From contig JBAXSZ010000005.1 of NCBI GenBank assembly GCA_037130455.1, positions 374 through 64,373 on the forward strand: a stretch of DNA of 64,000 bases. The letters are read 5' to 3'. The notes beneath the pieces were generated by a model. It saw only the letters and a list, made by a program, of their open reading frames with translations, was not told the origin of the DNA and did not search any database. The translations under genes and the position numbers were made by a program. Origin of the DNA: Actinomycetes bacterium. Lineage in GTDB: Bacteria > Actinomycetota > Actinomycetes > Nanopelagicales > Nanopelagicaceae. Below are positions 1 to 9,483 of this stretch, one piece after another; within the stretch, counting starts at the first letter, position 1, and every line of letters starts with the position of its first letter.

Positions 1-165
1 GTATTCGCCCATTCGCGTGAGTGGCCCACCCAAACATTTCGCCTGATCTTCAAGAGTCCAGGAGTATCCATATTCGGACATGAGTTCTGTTTCGGCCACA
101 AGCCAGGAAGGTTCGGAGTTCATCACCGTTCCATCCATGTCAAAAAGTATCGACTCGAATCTCAT
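1..165 (-). CDS. HAD-superfamily hydrolase/phosphatase, N-terminal fragment (gene runs off the left edge of the window)
   Basis: Own translation of the reverse complement of 1..165 gives MRFESILFDMDGTVMNSEPSWLVAETELMSEYGYSWTLEDQAKCLGGPLTRMGEY. It carries HAD motif I (DxDGT). Its ATG (163-165) overlaps the metH stop (162-164) as ATGA. It is absent from the ORF track because it is truncated. Confidence 0.6.
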   Translation of the reverse strand, partial: MRFESILFDMDGTVMNSEPSWLVAETELMSEYGYSWTLEDQAKCLGGPLTRMGEY

Positions 166-3100
166 GTTGCGTTGAAGTATTTAGCTTCAGGGTGATGCAC
201 AATGATCGCCGAAGTTGACTGCTCTGGATGTAACTGAAATTCTTCTGACAATTCGACTCCGATTAACGATGGATCTAACAACTGACATAGTTGAACTTGT
301 TGTTCCACATCCGGACAGGCCGGATATCCAAATGAATAGCGCGAGCCGCGATATCCCTGATCCAAGATTGAATCGATGGAATGTGAATCTTGTGCCGCAA
401 AACCTAATTCCGACCTGATTCTTGCATGCCAATGTTCGGCTAGCGCCTCTGTTAATTGAACGGAGAGCCCGTGGAGTTCTAGGTATTGTCGGTACTCATC
501 GGCCTGGAAAAGTTCGGCGGTGGCTTCGCTAACGACTTTACCCATGGTCACGATATGGAAAGCCACAGTATCTACTTCACCCGAATCTTTTGGGCGGAAG
601 AAATCACTAAGACATAAGCGTCGATCGCGGGATTGACGTGGAAAAGTAAATCGCGTTCGTTCTAGACCCGCGTTTGGACCTTCGTGGTGCAAAACGACTA
701 AGTCGTTTCCTTCGCTATAACAAGGGAAATAGCCATAGACGACGGCGGCATTGAGCCAACCTTTAGTTTGGACTTCATTGAGAAGTGAACGAAGCCTAGG
801 TCGACCTTCATCGCGGACCATATCTTCATAATGGCCGCGTTGGCCCTTCAATCCCCATTGACCGACGAAAAGCGCCCGTTCATCCAGCATTCCAAGGTAA
901 TCCGCTAAGGCGATACCTTTGACTACTTTAGTTCCATAAAATGGCGCCACGGGCAGTTGATTCTTTGCATCTACATCTGATCGCGTGTAGTCAATTTCAG
1001 TTGAATGCTTAGTTCGGGTATTGGCGGTTTTTCGCTCCCGAAGTGGTGGAAGTTCAGCACCGACCACTCCCCGCTTTACCGCCATGATTGCATCCATTAA
1101 GCGAAGACCCTCAAATGCATCCTTGGCATATCGAACAGTTCCAGGAAAAGCGGTGGCCAGATCTTGCTCTACAAAAGACCTAGTGAGGGCAGCGCCACCA
1201 AGAATTACCGGCCATTTCTGATCCAAGCCACGTGACGTTAACTCTTCCAGGTTCTCGCGCATCACAACAGTTGATTTCACTAAGAGTCCACTCATTCCAA
1301 TTACATCAACATTTTGTGTCTCTGCAGCTTCAATAATCTGATTCACAGTCTGTTTGATTCCGATGTTGACCGTGGTGTAGCCATTATTTGCAAGGATAAT
1401 GTCTACTAAGTTCTTGCCAATATCATGGACATCACCTTTAACCGTAGCTAATAAAATCGTCCCCCGGCCAGCCCCATCTGCCTTCTCCATCAACGGCTCC
1501 AAATACGCAACAGCAGATTTCATGACTTCGGCAGATTGCAGCACGAATGGTAATTGCATCTCCCCTTTGCCAAAGAGTTCACCCACCTCTTTCATTCCAG
1601 AGAGCAGGTGATCATTGATGATTGTTAACGGGGCAATTCCGGAGGCAATTGCTTCGTCTAAATCAGAAGTTAACCCGTTCTTCTCGCCATCAATGATTCG
1701 GCGTTCAAGTCTTTGATTAAGTGGGAGCGCGGCTAATTCCGCGGCGCGCGTGACTTTTGAACTTTTCGCTTCCACTCCATCGAAAAGCTCGAGAAAACGT
1801 GAAAGCGGGTCGTAGGTGCAATTTCCGGACTCATCAAAGACTCTTCGATCGTAAATTAAATCCAACGCTACTTCTTTTTGTTCTGGGTCAATTCGGGACA
1901 TCGGGGTGATTTTTGAAGGATGGACAATGGCCGAAGTGAGACCCGCGTTTACTGCTTCTGCGAGAAATACTGAGTTGAGAACGATACGGGCTGCCGGATT
2001 TAGTCCAAACGATACATTGCTGACTCCAAGTGTTGTCTGGACCTCTGGGTATGCATGTTTCAATTCTCGAATGGCGTCGATCGTGGCGATAGCATCACGT
2101 CTGGTCTCTTCTTGCCCGGTTGCAATCGGAAATGTCAGGCAGTCAATCAGGATGTCAGAGACCTTCATTCCCCATGTCTGCGTTAAATCCGTTATCAAAC
2201 GTTTAGCAACTGCAACTTTCCATTGGGAGGAACGAGCTTGACCTTCCTCATCAATAGTGAGAGCAACAACGGCTGCGCCATGTTCTTTTACTAGAGGCAT
2301 TATTTTCGCAAAGCGTGAATTGGGACCATCTCCATCCTCGTAGTTGACCGAGTTGATAACACTTCGGCCCCCAAGATGTTCTAGTCCAGCCTTAATTACG
2401 GCAGGTTCGGTGGAATCTAAGACGATAGGCAAGGTAGAAGCAGTTGCGAAACGCGCTGCGAGTTCGGCCATATCTTTAACCCCATCGCGACCGACGTAGT
2501 CGACCGAGAGATCCAACATGTGGGCACCATCGCGAATCTGGTCCCGAGCGATGTCAACACACGCTTGCCAATCTTGCGACAGTAATGCGTCACGAAAGGC
2601 TCGAGAGCCATTGGCATTGGCTCGTTCACCAATGGAAAGGTAGGTCAACTCTTGTTGGAAAGGTACGAACTGATAAATGGAACTTGCGCCACTTTCTTGA
2701 GTGGGATTGCGCGCCGATGGAGTTAATCCGTGAAGCTCGGAAACAACCGCTTTCAAATGTTCGGGCGTAGTTCCGCAACAGCCACCGACTAAATTGACTC
2801 CATATTGGTTTACAAAATCCCTCAAGTATTTTGCAAGTTCTAACGGAGATAATGGGTAGGTTGCGCCATTGGAAGTTAGTTGGGGCAATCCGGCATTCGG
2901 CATTACAGAAATTTGAACTCCGGCGCTTTTGCTGAGGACCCGCAAATGTTCACTCATCTCCGCAGGACCAGTTGCACAATTTAGGCCGATGAGATCAATT
3001 TCTAATGGTTCCAAAGCATTCAACGCAGCGCCAATTTCTGAACCAAGGAGCATGGTTCCGGTGGTCTCGACGGTAACCTGCGCAATAAGAATGACGTCGC

Positions 3101-3695
3101 GTTCAGATTTGTCGATCGCTTCCCGGGCACCATTTATTGCCGCTTTCGCCTGCAATAAATCTTGGGTGGTTTCTACCAAGAGCGCATCTGCCCCGCCATC
3201 TAGAAGTCCGCACGAGGCGGTGAAATAAGAGTTTCGTAGCAGTTCGTAATCGGTATGACCTAGAGTCGGAAGCTTTGTTCCTGGTCCTAGCGAGCCCAAT
3301 ACCCATCTAGGTCGATCCTGGGTTGCGAAATTAGTGGCAGCAGTTTTAGCAATTCTGGCTCCTGCCAGGGCTAACTCATAAATTCGATCTTCAATTCCAT
3401 ATTCGGCCAAGTTGGCCCAGTTTGCGCCAAAGGTATTGGTCTCAATCGCATCGACCCCCACCTGCAAGTACTCATTGTGGACGGACTCAACAATATCTGG
3501 TCGGGATATGTTTAGGATTTCGTTGCAGCCTTCATGCCCTTGGAAATCTTCTAGCGAAGGATTGGCCGCCTGCAACATCGTACCCATCGCGCCATCTGCA
3601 ATTATTACTCTTGTCGCCAAAGCCTGGCGAAGCGAGGAAGGCATCAGGGCTGGCGGATTCATTGGCGGCAGTTTACCCCACTGCGTTCTACCCAA
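162..3695 (-). CDS. metH: Cobalamin-dependent methionine synthase
   Basis: 1177-aa ORF of full five-module length. It has the Hcy-domain motif GGCCGTTPEH and the B12-binding DxHxxG motif (GDVHDIGKN). The true start may be the internal Met 11 codons downstream (MNPPAL...). Confidence 0.95.
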   Translation of the reverse strand: MGRTQWGKLPPMNPPALMPSSLRQALATRVIIADGAMGTMLQAANPSLEDFQGHEGCNEILNISRPDIVESVHNEYLQVGVDAIETNTFGANWANLAEYGIEDRIYELALAGARIAKTAATNFATQDRPRWVLGSLGPGTKLPTLGHTDYELLRNSYFTASCGLLDGGADALLVETTQDLLQAKAAINGAREAIDKSERDVILIAQVTVETTGTMLLGSEIGAALNALEPLEIDLIGLNCATGPAEMSEHLRVLSKSAGVQISVMPNAGLPQLTSNGATYPLSPLELAKYLRDFVNQYGVNLVGGCCGTTPEHLKAVVSELHGLTPSARNPTQESGASSIYQFVPFQQELTYLSIGERANANGSRAFRDALLSQDWQACVDIARDQIRDGAHMLDLSVDYVGRDGVKDMAELAARFATASTLPIVLDSTEPAVIKAGLEHLGGRSVINSVNYEDGDGPNSRFAKIMPLVKEHGAAVVALTIDEEGQARSSQWKVAVAKRLITDLTQTWGMKVSDILIDCLTFPIATGQEETRRDAIATIDAIRELKHAYPEVQTTLGVSNVSFGLNPAARIVLNSVFLAEAVNAGLTSAIVHPSKITPMSRIDPEQKEVALDLIYDRRVFDESGNCTYDPLSRFLELFDGVEAKSSKVTRAAELAALPLNQRLERRIIDGEKNGLTSDLDEAIASGIAPLTIINDHLLSGMKEVGELFGKGEMQLPFVLQSAEVMKSAVAYLEPLMEKADGAGRGTILLATVKGDVHDIGKNLVDIILANNGYTTVNIGIKQTVNQIIEAAETQNVDVIGMSGLLVKSTVVMRENLEELTSRGLDQKWPVILGGAALTRSFVEQDLATAFPGTVRYAKDAFEGLRLMDAIMAVKRGVVGAELPPLRERKTANTRTKHSTEIDYTRSDVDAKNQLPVAPFYGTKVVKGIALADYLGMLDERALFVGQWGLKGQRGHYEDMVRDEGRPRLRSLLNEVQTKGWLNAAVVYGYFPCYSEGNDLVVLHHEGPNAGLERTRFTFPRQSRDRRLCLSDFFRPKDSGEVDTVAFHIVTMGKVVSEATAELFQADEYRQYLELHGLSVQLTEALAEHWHARIRSELGFAAQDSHSIDSILDQGYRGSRYSFGYPACPDVEQQVQLCQLLDPSLIGVELSEEFQLHPEQSTSAIIVHHPEAKYFNAT

Positions 3696-3704
3696 ATTTT
3701 AGAA

Positions 3705-4943
3705 CTAGAGCGCTAATCCTAAGAGTGCATCCAAGGCTCGGGCTAGTTCCCCGGCAGATCCTCCGATGTCACCAGATTCGGTCGCCTGTGTCCAGGCAGA
3801 GAGGAGAGAAAGCACTTGAGGGGTATTTATGTCGTTGGCCAAGGCGCAGACTATTTCCTGGATGAGTAACGTGGTTGGCGCAACTTCTTCGCGACTGAGG
3901 CAACTACGCAGAGAATCGACTAATTGTGTTGCGGTGTCGAGAAGACCAGAGCTCCACATCCGATCGGTGGCGTAATGAGAACTTAACAGCGCCATTCGAA
4001 TCACCATGGAGTCCACATTGGATTGGAGCAAACGAGAAACGAAAACTAGATTTCCTTTACTTTTGCTCATCTTCTCGCCATCTAAACCCACCATCCCGGT
4101 GTGAATGAACGAATAAGAAAAAGGCTGGCCCGTCATCGCCTGGGCCTGAGCAGAACTCATGAAGTGATGTGGGAATATCAAATCACTTCCCCCACCTTGG
4201 ATATCAATGAGAAAATCGCCAGTGGTCGCATTCATGAAATCTTCGCCGTTGAGATAGCGCAGCGAAATCACGCAACATTCAATATGCCAACCAGGTCGAC
4301 CAAATCCATGCACCGATTCCCAACCCGGCTCGTTATTTCGGTTTGCAATCCAAAGAACGGGATCAAGGGGATGTCGTTTACCGACACGATCTGGGTCTCC
4401 ACCCCTAGATGAAAATACTGCCAGGGCCTGCTCCAGGCTTATGGGCAGTTGCGGTAAAAATGAAGAAACATCGAAGTAAAGGTCTTGGTCCACTGTGTAA
4501 ACAAAACCATTCTCTTTCATTCTGGTTATGGCTTGTGAAACTAGATCCATAACTCCTGTAGCGGGAATGAAATATTTAGGCGGAAGTATTCTTAGCGCAG
4601 TCATATCAGTTTCATACAGGGCGATCTGGTCTGCGGCGAGTTGCTTCCAATCCTGATCGTCTCGAAGTGCGCGCTCAAGAAGTGGCTCATCTATATCAGT
4701 AATGTTTTCGACAAAGGAAATTTCACTTCCACTTGCCGTTAAGTACCGGTTGATCAAATCGAATGTTAAGTAGGTTGCGGCATGACCCATGTGCGTGGCG
4801 TCATAAGGAGTAATGCCGCAGACATACATTTTTATGGGATCACCTGGCTCGAAAGTTCGCGAACCTTGAGCAGTCTTTATGGAAAGAATTGGAAACTTGG
4901 AGACCGAGACGGTAGGGGTAAATACTCTTGGCCAAGAATTCAT
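3705..4943 (-). CDS. mshC: L-cysteine:1D-myo-inositol 2-amino-2-deoxy-alpha-D-glucopyranoside ligase (mycothiol ligase)
   Basis: Class-I CysRS-like protein of about 412 aa without an anticodon-binding extension. It has a HIGH-like motif (THMGHAATY) and a KMSKS motif (GEKMSKSKGN). The N-terminus MNSWP resembles the mycobacterial MshC N-terminus. I chose the ATG at 4943 rather than the GTG at 4952. A TAGAGT hexamer sits 7 nt upstream of this ATG with no SD, which suggests a leaderless start (speculative). Confidence 0.85.
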   Translation of the reverse strand: MNSWPRVFTPTVSVSKFPILSIKTAQGSRTFEPGDPIKMYVCGITPYDATHMGHAATYLTFDLINRYLTASGSEISFVENITDIDEPLLERALRDDQDWKQLAADQIALYETDMTALRILPPKYFIPATGVMDLVSQAITRMKENGFVYTVDQDLYFDVSSFLPQLPISLEQALAVFSSRGGDPDRVGKRHPLDPVLWIANRNNEPGWESVHGFGRPGWHIECCVISLRYLNGEDFMNATTGDFLIDIQGGGSDLIFPHHFMSSAQAQAMTGQPFSYSFIHTGMVGLDGEKMSKSKGNLVFVSRLLQSNVDSMVIRMALLSSHYATDRMWSSGLLDTATQLVDSLRSCLSREEVAPTTLLIQEIVCALANDINTPQVLSLLSAWTQATESGDIGGSAGELARALDALLGLAL

Positions 4944-4994
4944 AGAGCACACTCTACGATATTAGAAAGAAAATTCCCCGCTAAGAATTTGCGA

Positions 4995-5729
4995 TTAGTA
5001 GGGTGGCCAAGGAATTGCCGGCCAATCAGGATTCGGCATCGGAAAGGCGTTCTCTTGTAGCAAACGGTCAATTCGAGAAATTACAGCCGAAATTTCCGTG
5101 GTCGTAATCAAAGTCTCAAGCCGCCAAGTTGAAATCTGGTCTCGAATGAAATTCAACTGGGCAATTTCAGATGTGGTTAAAGCCGACCCAGCCCATTGCC
5201 ACAGAACTGTCCTTAATTTATTTTCTTCGTGAAAAGTGACCCCATGGTCGCACCCATACAATTTGCCCGATTCGCTCATGAGAATATGTCCGTACTTTCG
5301 ATCCGTATTATTGATGATTGCATCGAACAAAGACATGGCGCGAAGTTGTGGATCATCTTGTGTCGCAAACTCAATTACATCTAATTCTTCATCGATGGTG
5401 ATCCACTGCTGCACCGCACCCATGCCATAAGGCCCGTCCCTCATGACCGTAAAGGGAACCAATCCAAATCCGGCTTTTTCGCTGAGAATAAAAGCCGCGA
5501 TTTCGCGCGATGCCAAGTTGCCATTGGGAAAGTCCCATAGTGGCCGCTCCCCCGCGATGGGCTTATAGATAACCACCAACTCATCACCAATCCGACCCAA
5601 GAGTGTGGCGTTGGATGCATCTACGAGTCGGCCTTCAATCTGGATGGCCTCGGATTTGATCAGTGACCGAATCTCTGCCTCATTCGATTCTATCTGCATT
5701 ACCTTCGGTATCCATTGGAGCGAGGGCAT
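4995..5729 (-). CDS. SCO1664-family protein (PI3/PI4-kinase-like fold), function unknown
   Basis: 244 aa with catalytic-loop-like NNTDRKYGHIL and a downstream CDHGVTF. A GAAGGA SD lies 5 nt upstream of the ATG at 5729. The ORF overlaps the upstream DUF3090 ORF. An alternative ATG at 5699 forms TAATG with the upstream stop. Confidence 0.7.
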   Translation of the reverse strand: MPSLQWIPKVMQIESNEAEIRSLIKSEAIQIEGRLVDASNATLLGRIGDELVVIYKPIAGERPLWDFPNGNLASREIAAFILSEKAGFGLVPFTVMRDGPYGMGAVQQWITIDEELDVIEFATQDDPQLRAMSLFDAIINNTDRKYGHILMSESGKLYGCDHGVTFHEENKLRTVLWQWAGSALTTSEIAQLNFIRDQISTWRLETLITTTEISAVISRIDRLLQENAFPMPNPDWPAIPWPPY

Positions 5730-6250
5730 AAGTGTCCTTCGGCGTTAATGGGTAAGCCACAGAAAGGACAGGGTTGCCGACCAGAAGAAATTAACTTGTC
5801 AGCCAGAGAGCAGAAATTACGGACTTGATAGATTCTTAGCGAAGCATTGATCATGTCCAGCGAGCTCTCGGAGTCCTCTTCGATTTCCTCACCAATCGGA
5901 TCATCACCAAAAGCCTGCAATTCCAGATTAATTCTTTGAAGATCTTGGTCCCAAGAGATTCCGATCAGGCCAACTGTGAAATCTTCAGTTATGGGAAATT
6001 GCATGGTGTTGTCTTCTAGCGGAATGGTTAATGCCAGTTCATCCAGACTGGCAAGTTTGTTTCTGCGTAATTCTCTGATCATCTCTTTGAATCTTTCCGA
6101 GAGTGCATCCACTTGCCCTTTTTCAATTGCAACACAATTAGAAAACACGGGAGATTCGATCTGAAGAAAAAAAGCTCGCTCGCCTGGTACACCAACGGTC
6201 CCGACAATAAATCGCTCCACATTGGGATGTTCGTAATTTATGCCAGTCAT
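5699..6250 (-). CDS. DUF3090-family protein, function unknown
   Basis: 183 aa with an acidic central region and a C-terminal Cys/His cluster (CPFCGLPINAEGHLCP). It is flanked by the phosphatase-like and kinase-like genes, as in the conserved actinobacterial trio. Family assignment is from memory of the sequence pattern. Confidence 0.7.
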   Translation of the reverse strand: MTGINYEHPNVERFIVGTVGVPGERAFFLQIESPVFSNCVAIEKGQVDALSERFKEMIRELRRNKLASLDELALTIPLEDNTMQFPITEDFTVGLIGISWDQDLQRINLELQAFGDDPIGEEIEEDSESSLDMINASLRIYQVRNFCSLADKLISSGRQPCPFCGLPINAEGHLCPRSNGYRR

Positions 6251-6966
6251 TTCTTTGCCTTACTCGAGGAACCGGCTCCGCCGCCCAAGATGTATTTACC
6301 ACCATTGCTGGGTGGAGTTGTTTTAGCGCTCTTGGAGTGAAGGACTCTTAGGTGTGAGGTGTCGTTGGCGTAAAGCAAGAAACTAGAAGAACCAGAAACG
6401 GCAATTGCCGAAATGGATGCTGGGTCGACCGCAAACTTTTGCAAACTATCAACGGAAAGACCCAATTGCGCCGCCAAAATGGCTTTAATGACGTCGCCGT
6501 GACTGACTATGCACGTTACTGATCCGGGCTTGCTGTAGTCCACGAATGCCGAATTGGCACGTGCCGACATTTCCAAGAAACTTTCTCCTTCTGGAAAAGT
6601 TACTGTGGAAGGCTTGCTTTGGATGAGGGACCAGAGCGGCTTCTTGGCTAAGGTTTTGAGAGATTTTCCAGACCATGATCCGTAATTCATCTCAATAACT
6701 CTGGAATCAACTATCGGTTGAGAGGCCTTTGAATTCTTCTTTCGCGCCACTATGAGCGGGGCGATCGTTTGGCGACATCGCTTAAGAGGACTTCGGACAA
6801 TTTGCTTAATACCAAGGGCTTCAAGACGTTCAGCCAATAAATCTGCTTGAGTTAAACCCAGCTCTGACAAACCCACTGAGTTGTCACGTCCGGCTAAAAC
6901 TCCAGCTCCATTTGCAGTCGAGTGGGCATGACGAACCAGATAAATCACGGCGCCTGAACGATGCAT
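6247..6966 (-). CDS. Histidine-phosphatase (phosphoglycerate-mutase superfamily) protein, MSMEG_4193-like putative phosphomutase
   Basis: 239 aa. N-terminal VIYLVRHAHSTANG is an RHG-type catalytic motif variant, and SHGDVIK provides the second His. Its stop overlaps the DUF3090 start as ATGA (6247-6250). Confidence 0.75.
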   Translation of the reverse strand: MHRSGAVIYLVRHAHSTANGAGVLAGRDNSVGLSELGLTQADLLAERLEALGIKQIVRSPLKRCRQTIAPLIVARKKNSKASQPIVDSRVIEMNYGSWSGKSLKTLAKKPLWSLIQSKPSTVTFPEGESFLEMSARANSAFVDYSKPGSVTCIVSHGDVIKAILAAQLGLSVDSLQKFAVDPASISAIAVSGSSSFLLYANDTSHLRVLHSKSAKTTPPSNGGKYILGGGAGSSSKAKK

Positions 6967-7014
6967 ATGCGAAGGTTACCGACTATTTCCCCGAAGGATT
7001 GCTAAGGTGAATAT

Positions 7015-7962
7015 ATGGAATTGCGCCCGTTAGGGAACTCTGGATTGCGAATATCCCGGTTAGGCCTAGGAACTATGACCTGGGGTCGAGATACCGATGA
7101 GCACGAAGCAGCCGACCAATTGCGTACTTTTCTAGACCACGGTGGAAACTTCATTGATACCGCGGCTCTTTATGGCGATGGCGATAGTGAGCGAACTTTG
7201 GCGGGGTTTATCGAAACTTTGGTACCACGGGAAGAACTGGTAATTGCAACTAAAGCAGGAATCACGGTAGAGGGCGGGGATCGAAGGGTTAACAATTCTC
7301 GGTTGCACTTAATCTCGGATTTGGATAAATCTTTAGTTAGGTTAGGCGTTGATTACATCGATCTATGGCAGGTCCATGCTTGGGACTCAGCAGTACCGTT
7401 AGAGGAAACGCTCTCCGCCATTGACTATGCCGTCAACTCGGGGAAAGTCCGTTATGCGGGAGTCTCCAATTTTGCCGGCTGGCAGTTAGCCAGGGCGACA
7501 ACGATTCAAAACCCAGCATTTGGCAAGGCGCCAATCTTGGCAATACAAAATGAATACTCCCTTCTCAATCGCCGAGCCGAAGCCGAAGTTATCCCCGCAG
7601 CATCGGCACTGGGGTGTGGCTTTTTAGCGTGGTCGCCTTTGGGCAGAGGGATCTTGACTGGTAAGTACCGATCCGGAGTCCCTTCTGATTCTCGAGGCGC
7701 GAGTCCGCATTTTTCTAGTTTTGTGGCCCCCTATTTGGATACCCGTTCGCGCACCATCGTGGATTCGGTCTGTGTTGCTGCAGATGGTTTAGGTTTCTCC
7801 CCCATTGAGGTTGCCCTCTCCTGGGTGCGTGATGCACCGGGAGTCACCAGTGTTATCGTCGGCGCACGAACGGGAGCCCAACTTCGCGGGATTCTGACGG
7901 TCGAAGAGATTGAACTACCCTCGCAAGTGAGGTTTGCTCTGGATGATATTTCTTTGGCTTAA
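7015..7962 (+). CDS. Aldo/keto reductase family oxidoreductase
   Basis: 315 aa with a typical AKR N-terminus (LGNSGLRISRLGLGTMTWG), DTAALYGDG and the GVSNF motif. Confidence 0.85.
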   Translation: MELRPLGNSGLRISRLGLGTMTWGRDTDEHEAADQLRTFLDHGGNFIDTAALYGDGDSERTLAGFIETLVPREELVIATKAGITVEGGDRRVNNSRLHLISDLDKSLVRLGVDYIDLWQVHAWDSAVPLEETLSAIDYAVNSGKVRYAGVSNFAGWQLARATTIQNPAFGKAPILAIQNEYSLLNRRAEAEVIPAASALGCGFLAWSPLGRGILTGKYRSGVPSDSRGASPHFSSFVAPYLDTRSRTIVDSVCVAADGLGFSPIEVALSWVRDAPGVTSVIVGARTGAQLRGILTVEEIELPSQVRFALDDISLA

Positions 7963-9296
7963 CAGCTCCGCAAGAATCTATTTAATACTCTAACTCCGAA
8001 GGTCAATCCATCTACCGGAACGCGTTCATTGATGCCATGGAACATGGGAAAGAAATCGACATCTTCGGGCAAACGCAATGGGCTAAATCCAAATCCCACG
8101 ATACCTAAATCCGATAGCGCCTTATTGTCCGTTCCGCCACTCATAACATATGGAACTGGAATCGCATCGGGATCTTCCGAGACCAATGCGGCAGTCATGG
8201 CGTCGACAAGAGGTCCGGCGAAATCAACTTCCAGTGATATGTCGTGAACAAGAAGTTCCACTTCAATATCAGCTCCGGCTAATTCCTTAATGGTGTCAGA
8301 GAGTTCGGCTTCAAATCCAGGCAAAAATCTGCCATCAATTACGGCGCTCGCACTTTGCGGGATGACGTTCGCCTTATAGCCGGCTTCCAACATGGTGGGG
8401 TTGGCCGTGTTTTGAATCGTTGCTCCAAGCATTCTGGCCGCAGAACCAATATGTTTTAAGAGTGGGCGCACATTACTCGGGTCGTAAGGATCTCCTGTAA
8501 GTTCGGCAATCTTGCGCCAAAAGATCCCACCAATTTTAGTTTCGCGTTGAGGCCATTCGTATTTTCCAATTCGGGCAACCGCTTCCGAGAGTCGAGTCAC
8601 GGCATTCGCGGGATTGATAAAGGAACCATGTCCAGCATCACCATGGGCAGTTAATTTCGTCCAACGGATTCCTTTTTGTGCGCCTTCAATGAGATATAGC
8701 CGATGGCCACCAGTAATCGTTACCGAAAAACCACCGACTTCGGAAATGGCCTCGGTATAGCCTTCAAAAAGTTCTGGACGATGTGCAACTAACCATCGCG
8801 AACCATAAACGCTGCCGGCCTCTTCATCAGCAAAGAAAACGATCAGAATATTTCGCGCCGGACGAAATCCGGTCCTGGCCCAGTGTCGAACGGTTGCCAA
8901 GATCATGGCATCCATATCTTTCATATCAACTGCGCCTCGACCCCAAATAAAGCCATCTTTGATTTCGCCAGAAAAAGGATCGACGCTCCAATCATCCGGA
9001 TTGGCAGGAACCACATCTAAATGTCCATGTACCACCAATCCCGGAAGCGCAGGATCAGTTCCGACAATCGTGGCAACAACATTGACGCGATTGGGAGCCG
9101 ATTCAATCTGCTCGCTGGCAATACCTACCTCTGCAAGCGCATCGACGACATACTGGGCCATAGCTCTCTCGTCGCCTTTTCCTTCGCCATAGTTGACCGA
9201 AGGGATTCGGATCATCTCTTGGCATAAACGAATGCAATCTGCCTCTAATTCGGCGATTTCCTCAACAGTGGGTCCATGGTCTGAAGTCATGGTCAT
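7959..9296 (-). CDS. M20/M25/M40 family metallopeptidase (DapE/ArgE-like)
   Basis: 445 aa with metal-ligand motifs HGHLDVVP, GRGAVDMKD and ADEEAGS. Position is syntenic with the mycobacterial Rv2141c-type gene (from memory). Confidence 0.85.
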   Translation of the reverse strand: MTMTSDHGPTVEEIAELEADCIRLCQEMIRIPSVNYGEGKGDERAMAQYVVDALAEVGIASEQIESAPNRVNVVATIVGTDPALPGLVVHGHLDVVPANPDDWSVDPFSGEIKDGFIWGRGAVDMKDMDAMILATVRHWARTGFRPARNILIVFFADEEAGSVYGSRWLVAHRPELFEGYTEAISEVGGFSVTITGGHRLYLIEGAQKGIRWTKLTAHGDAGHGSFINPANAVTRLSEAVARIGKYEWPQRETKIGGIFWRKIAELTGDPYDPSNVRPLLKHIGSAARMLGATIQNTANPTMLEAGYKANVIPQSASAVIDGRFLPGFEAELSDTIKELAGADIEVELLVHDISLEVDFAGPLVDAMTAALVSEDPDAIPVPYVMSGGTDNKALSDLGIVGFGFSPLRLPEDVDFFPMFHGINERVPVDGLTFGVRVLNRFLRSC

Positions 9297-9396
9297 ATCT
9301 TGCCGTACATCCAGGTGTTAAAGGACGCGATTTTCCTAGATAGGGTCGAAATTGCTATCGTGTCCCCTTGCCCCACTAAGGGGTGAAGAAATTTAA

Positions 9397-9480
9397 GTCC
9401 GGGTGGCGGAATTGGCAGACGCGCTAGCTTGAGGTGCTAGTGCCCGAAAGGGCTTCGGGGTTCAACTCCCCGTTCGGACA
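9397..9480 (+). tRNA. tRNA-Leu (anticodon GAG), type II with long variable arm
   Basis: Folded by hand. The acceptor stem is GTCCGGG/TTCGGAC with two G-U pairs. The anticodon stem is CTAGC/GCTAG with loop TTGAGGT, giving anticodon GAG. The variable arm is GCCC-GAAA-GGGC and the T arm is CGGGG-TTCAACT-CCCCG. The discriminator is A and CCA is not encoded. Confidence 0.9.
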
Positions 9481-9483
9481 CGT

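Noticed and set aside
3696-3704. Cobalamin or SAM riboswitch upstream of metH (and of metK at 26077)
   Set aside because: The metH start is 9 nt from the mshC stop, and metK overlaps coaBC by 8 nt. There is no space for a riboswitch aptamer.
9361-9396. Promoter call for tRNA-Leu (TTGCCC ... ATTTAA) and the CCCCTT/AAGGGG hairpin just upstream
   Set aside because: The hexamers are poor matches, and the -10-like element abuts the mature 5' end. The hairpin has no associated gene end. The evidence is insufficient.
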